Origin: a virus
Lineage: Duplodnaviria; Caudoviricetes
Virus record (IMG/VR): IMGVR_UViG_3300048598_000507
Coordinates: 1 to 37,057 of that record
Direction: 5' to 3' (one strand)
DNA: 37,057 nucleotides
Under the pieces are notes generated by a model, which saw only the letters and a program-made list of their open reading frames with translations, was not told where the DNA came from and did no database searches. The first letter of the stretch is position 1. Every line of letters begins with the position of its first letter. The position numbers were made by a program, and so were the translations under genes. Shown in pieces: positions 34,732 through 37,057 of this stretch.

Positions 34732-35634
34732 ATGCCCACCGCAACTCCGAACAGCGTCAATGAGTTCATCGAACAACAGCTCGATGCTCGGATTCTGGAT
34801 CTCCAGAAGACCTTCGACGCAGACGCCATCGCCTTCACCGGCCCACTTGTCAGTGGCGTGGACACGGTCATTCGGAACGCCGTGGACAGTCGCAGTCCGA
34901 GTAGTCCCCGGTTGGTGTGCATCCTCACCACGGAGGGCGGCTACGTAGAGGTGGTGCGACGCATCGTCGATGTGTTCCGCCGAGACTACGGGCACGTCGA
35001 GTTCATCGTGCCCGACTATGCCTACTCAGCGGGAACCATCCTTGCCATGTCGGGCGACGCCATCCACATGGACTACTACTCTAGGCTGGGGCCCATCGAC
35101 CCTCAAATCGAGGGGCGTGACGGACAGATGCTCCCGGCACTCGGCTATCTCGAGAGGTACGAGGCCCTGGTGAAGAAGGCCAAGGATGGAGACATCACCA
35201 TGGCCGAGGTGCAGCTCATGATCTCCGGCTTCGACCAAGCTGAACTGTACAAGTACGATCAAGCCCGCGAGCTGTCAATCACCCTGCTCAAGGAGTGGCT
35301 AGTCAAGTACAAGTTCAAGAGCTGGTCCAAGACCAGAACCTCACAAAGGCCCGTCACCATGCGCATGAAGAAGATCCGCGCGGCTACCATCGCCAAGAAG
35401 TTGAACGACACGCGTAGATGGCACTCCCACGGACATGGCATCTCTCGAGAGGTTCTCGAGAGAGATCTGAACCTGATCATCGACGACTTCGGGGCGAACG
35501 CCGAGATTGCCGAGGCCGTCCGCTGCTACTACAGTCTATTGGACGACTACATGATCAAGCTGGGTCACGTTGGCGCAGTGCATATGGTGGGTAGCTATAC
35601 ACCATTCATGTCGATGAGGGGAGGAGGCGTATAG
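34732..35634 (+). CDS. SDH-family ClpP-fold serine protease
   Basis: TTEGG, AYSAGT (Ser), LGPIDPQ (Asp), HSHG (His); ATG with a GGAGGGG RBS; extended -10 TGGTATGGT at 34681-34689. Confidence 0.85.
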   Translation: MPTATPNSVNEFIEQQLDARILDLQKTFDADAIAFTGPLVSGVDTVIRNAVDSRSPSSPRLVCILTTEGGYVEVVRRIVDVFRRDYGHVEFIVPDYAYSAGTILAMSGDAIHMDYYSRLGPIDPQIEGRDGQMLPALGYLERYEALVKKAKDGDITMAEVQLMISGFDQAELYKYDQARELSITLLKEWLVKYKFKSWSKTRTSQRPVTMRMKKIRAATIAKKLNDTRRWHSHGHGISREVLERDLNLIIDDFGANAEIAEAVRCYYSLLDDYMIKLGHVGAVHMVGSYTPFMSMRGGGV

Positions 35635-35636
35635 CG

Positions 35637-35846
35637 ATGCGCACTCTCGAACTAGACGACATCTTGAAGGCGAATCCGCAGGTCGACCCGTCAGAGCTGG
35701 CGGAGAGCCTGGACTTCGCACATCAGCTGAAGGCGGCTGGGCTGGAGCCTCCGGGCTACCGTTTGGCGTCTGCGGGAGAGTCCCGCCGAGTTCACGTCCC
35801 GGACACTAGGGGTCAACGCCGCGCAGTCAGTCTCCGCGTTCGTTAG
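35637..35846 (+). CDS. 69-aa partner ORF of the SDH protease
   Basis: GGAGGAGG RBS inside the protease 3' end, 2-nt gap; stop overlaps the integrase stop. Confidence 0.75.
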   Translation: MRTLELDDILKANPQVDPSELAESLDFAHQLKAAGLEPPGYRLASAGESRRVHVPDTRGQRRAVSLRVR

Positions 35847-37057
35847 TCCGGAGGCGTCAACTCTAGACGCCTCCTAGGAAGCAATCCCCGCAGCATCGGC
35901 TCTACCGCAGCTGCCGCCGACTCCTGCATGTCCGGCAGCACGTGCGAGTAGGTCCGCATCACGGTCGCCTCGCTGTCGCCCAGCCTCTCGGCCACGATCT
36001 TGATGTGCACGCCAGCGCGCAGCAGCTCAGTGGCGTGCGTGTGGCGAAGGTCGTGGAAGCGCGCGACAGCGAGCTCGTCGCCAGCCTCCTCTGCGAACGG
36101 ATCGTCCATCGCCTCGGCGTCCCGGCGCATGATCTCGGCGGCACGCGCCCGCACGTGGCCCCAGGACGACTCGAAGCCGTCCAGCGTGTACGGCGTGCCT
36201 GCAAGCGTCAGGAAGAAGGTGTTGCTGCGCGTCTTCGGCCGCTGGGCGGCGTACTCGGCGAGCAGGTCCGCCACTGACTGTGGCAGCACGACCGTGCGTC
36301 GGCTGCGCCGGGTCTTGCAGGGCCCGATCGCTGAGCTGCCGTCGCGCTGCTTGCGCAGCGCCTGGCGCACATGGATCCGCGAGCGCGCGAGGTCGACATC
36401 GGTCGTGCGCAGCCCGAGCAGCTCGCCGCGGCGCAGACCGGTCGCGAGGTCGAGGACCAAAGGCACGTAGAGGTTGCCGTCGCTGCGGCCTCGGTGGTTG
36501 CCATCCGGTGCGCCGTCCGCCGGCGCCGCGGCAGAGAGGAGCGCAGCCTGCTCGGCGGGTGAGTAGACGTGGAACGGCGGCGGCTCCTCTCCCGGCAGCT
36601 CGACGAAGCGAAGCGGGTTCTCGGCGATCAGCTTCCAGGCGACGGCGCGATCCATGGCCGCTCGCACGAAGACGAGGTGCTTGCGGACCGTGCTCGACGA
36701 GAGGTGGCTCTCGAGCTGCTTCCTCTTCCAGCTGACTGCGACCTTCGGCGTGAAGCGGGCGAGCGTCACTGCAGCGAGATCGCGGCGCACGTGCTTCAGG
36801 TAGCCCTCGTACCGATTCCTGGTCGCCGGCGCCAGCTTGTCGCGGCCGTCAAGGAAGCGCTGACAGAAGTCGGGCACGAGCTCCGTCGAGGGCTTGATGT
36901 GGCGGCCCTCGTAGACGTCGTGCTGCAGCTTGGCGTCGAGGCGCTTGGCCTCTTCCTCGGTGTCCACAGCGCGGCAGACGCGCCGGCGGATGCCGAACTC
37001 GTCGCGGCCTGACTCGGCCGTCACCAACCACTTGTTGCCCCTCTTGCGGATGCCCAT
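35843..37057 (-). CDS. int: Tyrosine integrase
   Basis: N-terminal arm-binding GIRKRGNKW; GLRRGE, PCKT, FHDLRH, TYSH. Confidence 0.95.
   Translation of the reverse strand: MGIRKRGNKWLVTAESGRDEFGIRRRVCRAVDTEEEAKRLDAKLQHDVYEGRHIKPSTELVPDFCQRFLDGRDKLAPATRNRYEGYLKHVRRDLAAVTLARFTPKVAVSWKRKQLESHLSSSTVRKHLVFVRAAMDRAVAWKLIAENPLRFVELPGEEPPPFHVYSPAEQAALLSAAAPADGAPDGNHRGRSDGNLYVPLVLDLATGLRRGELLGLRTTDVDLARSRIHVRQALRKQRDGSSAIGPCKTRRSRRTVVLPQSVADLLAEYAAQRPKTRSNTFFLTLAGTPYTLDGFESSWGHVRARAAEIMRRDAEAMDDPFAEEAGDELAVARFHDLRHTHATELLRAGVHIKIVAERLGDSEATVMRTYSHVLPDMQESAAAAVEPMLRGLLPRRRLELTPPD

Larger units (their letters stand above)
1..37057. mobile_element. Temperate siphovirus-like prophage (att sites not visible, probably just outside the window)
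   Basis: Integrase, terminase, portal, capsid, tail tube, tape measure, lysis, recombination and replication genes, tightly packed with ATGA/GTGA overlaps. Confidence 0.95.

Noticed and set aside
1-37057. tRNA, rRNA, reverse transcriptase/DGR, IS elements, group I/II introns, inteins
   Set aside because: No cloverleaf, RT, transposase or splicing motifs recognised by eye; tRNAscan-SE and cmscan would be needed to exclude them formally

Overview
The window is a near-complete ~37 kb temperate siphovirus-like prophage. It is GC-rich and its promoters and SOS box look actinobacterial (host inferred, possibly Thermoleophilia). Almost all genes are on the minus strand. Reading from 37057 downwards: tyrosine integrase; a plus-strand cassette of an SDH/ClpP-fold protease and a 69-aa ORF; a Zn-ribbon/wHTH protein; a ParB-fused DNA methyltransferase; terminase, portal, head, neck and tail genes (with a -1 frameshifted tail chaperone); an XhlA-like membrane protein and an amidase endolysin; a three-gene fibre module; an MmeI-like type IIL restriction-modification enzyme; a plus-strand RDD/pilin-like membrane protein; a displaced holin; then the early region (three Xis-like HTH genes, exonuclease, RecT/Bet, two ParB-fold proteins, a replication initiator with internal iterons and a DnaA box, RuvC, and a second Zn-ribbon/wHTH paralog). 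The most notable signals are regulatory. (1) No CI-type repressor is visible, but a canonical LexA box overlaps the first early promoter. (2) A 16-bp motif followed by N20 and TACnCT occurs upstream of both the late operon and the holin. (3) The holin has a ~240-nt highly structured leader containing an anti-SD. (4) The capsid leader buries its RBS in a 12+4-bp stem next to a duplicated RNA motif. (5) Three accessory units each have their own extended -10 promoter. Family assignments come from motif recognition, not database searches, and many starts were re-called from RBS and overlap evidence.
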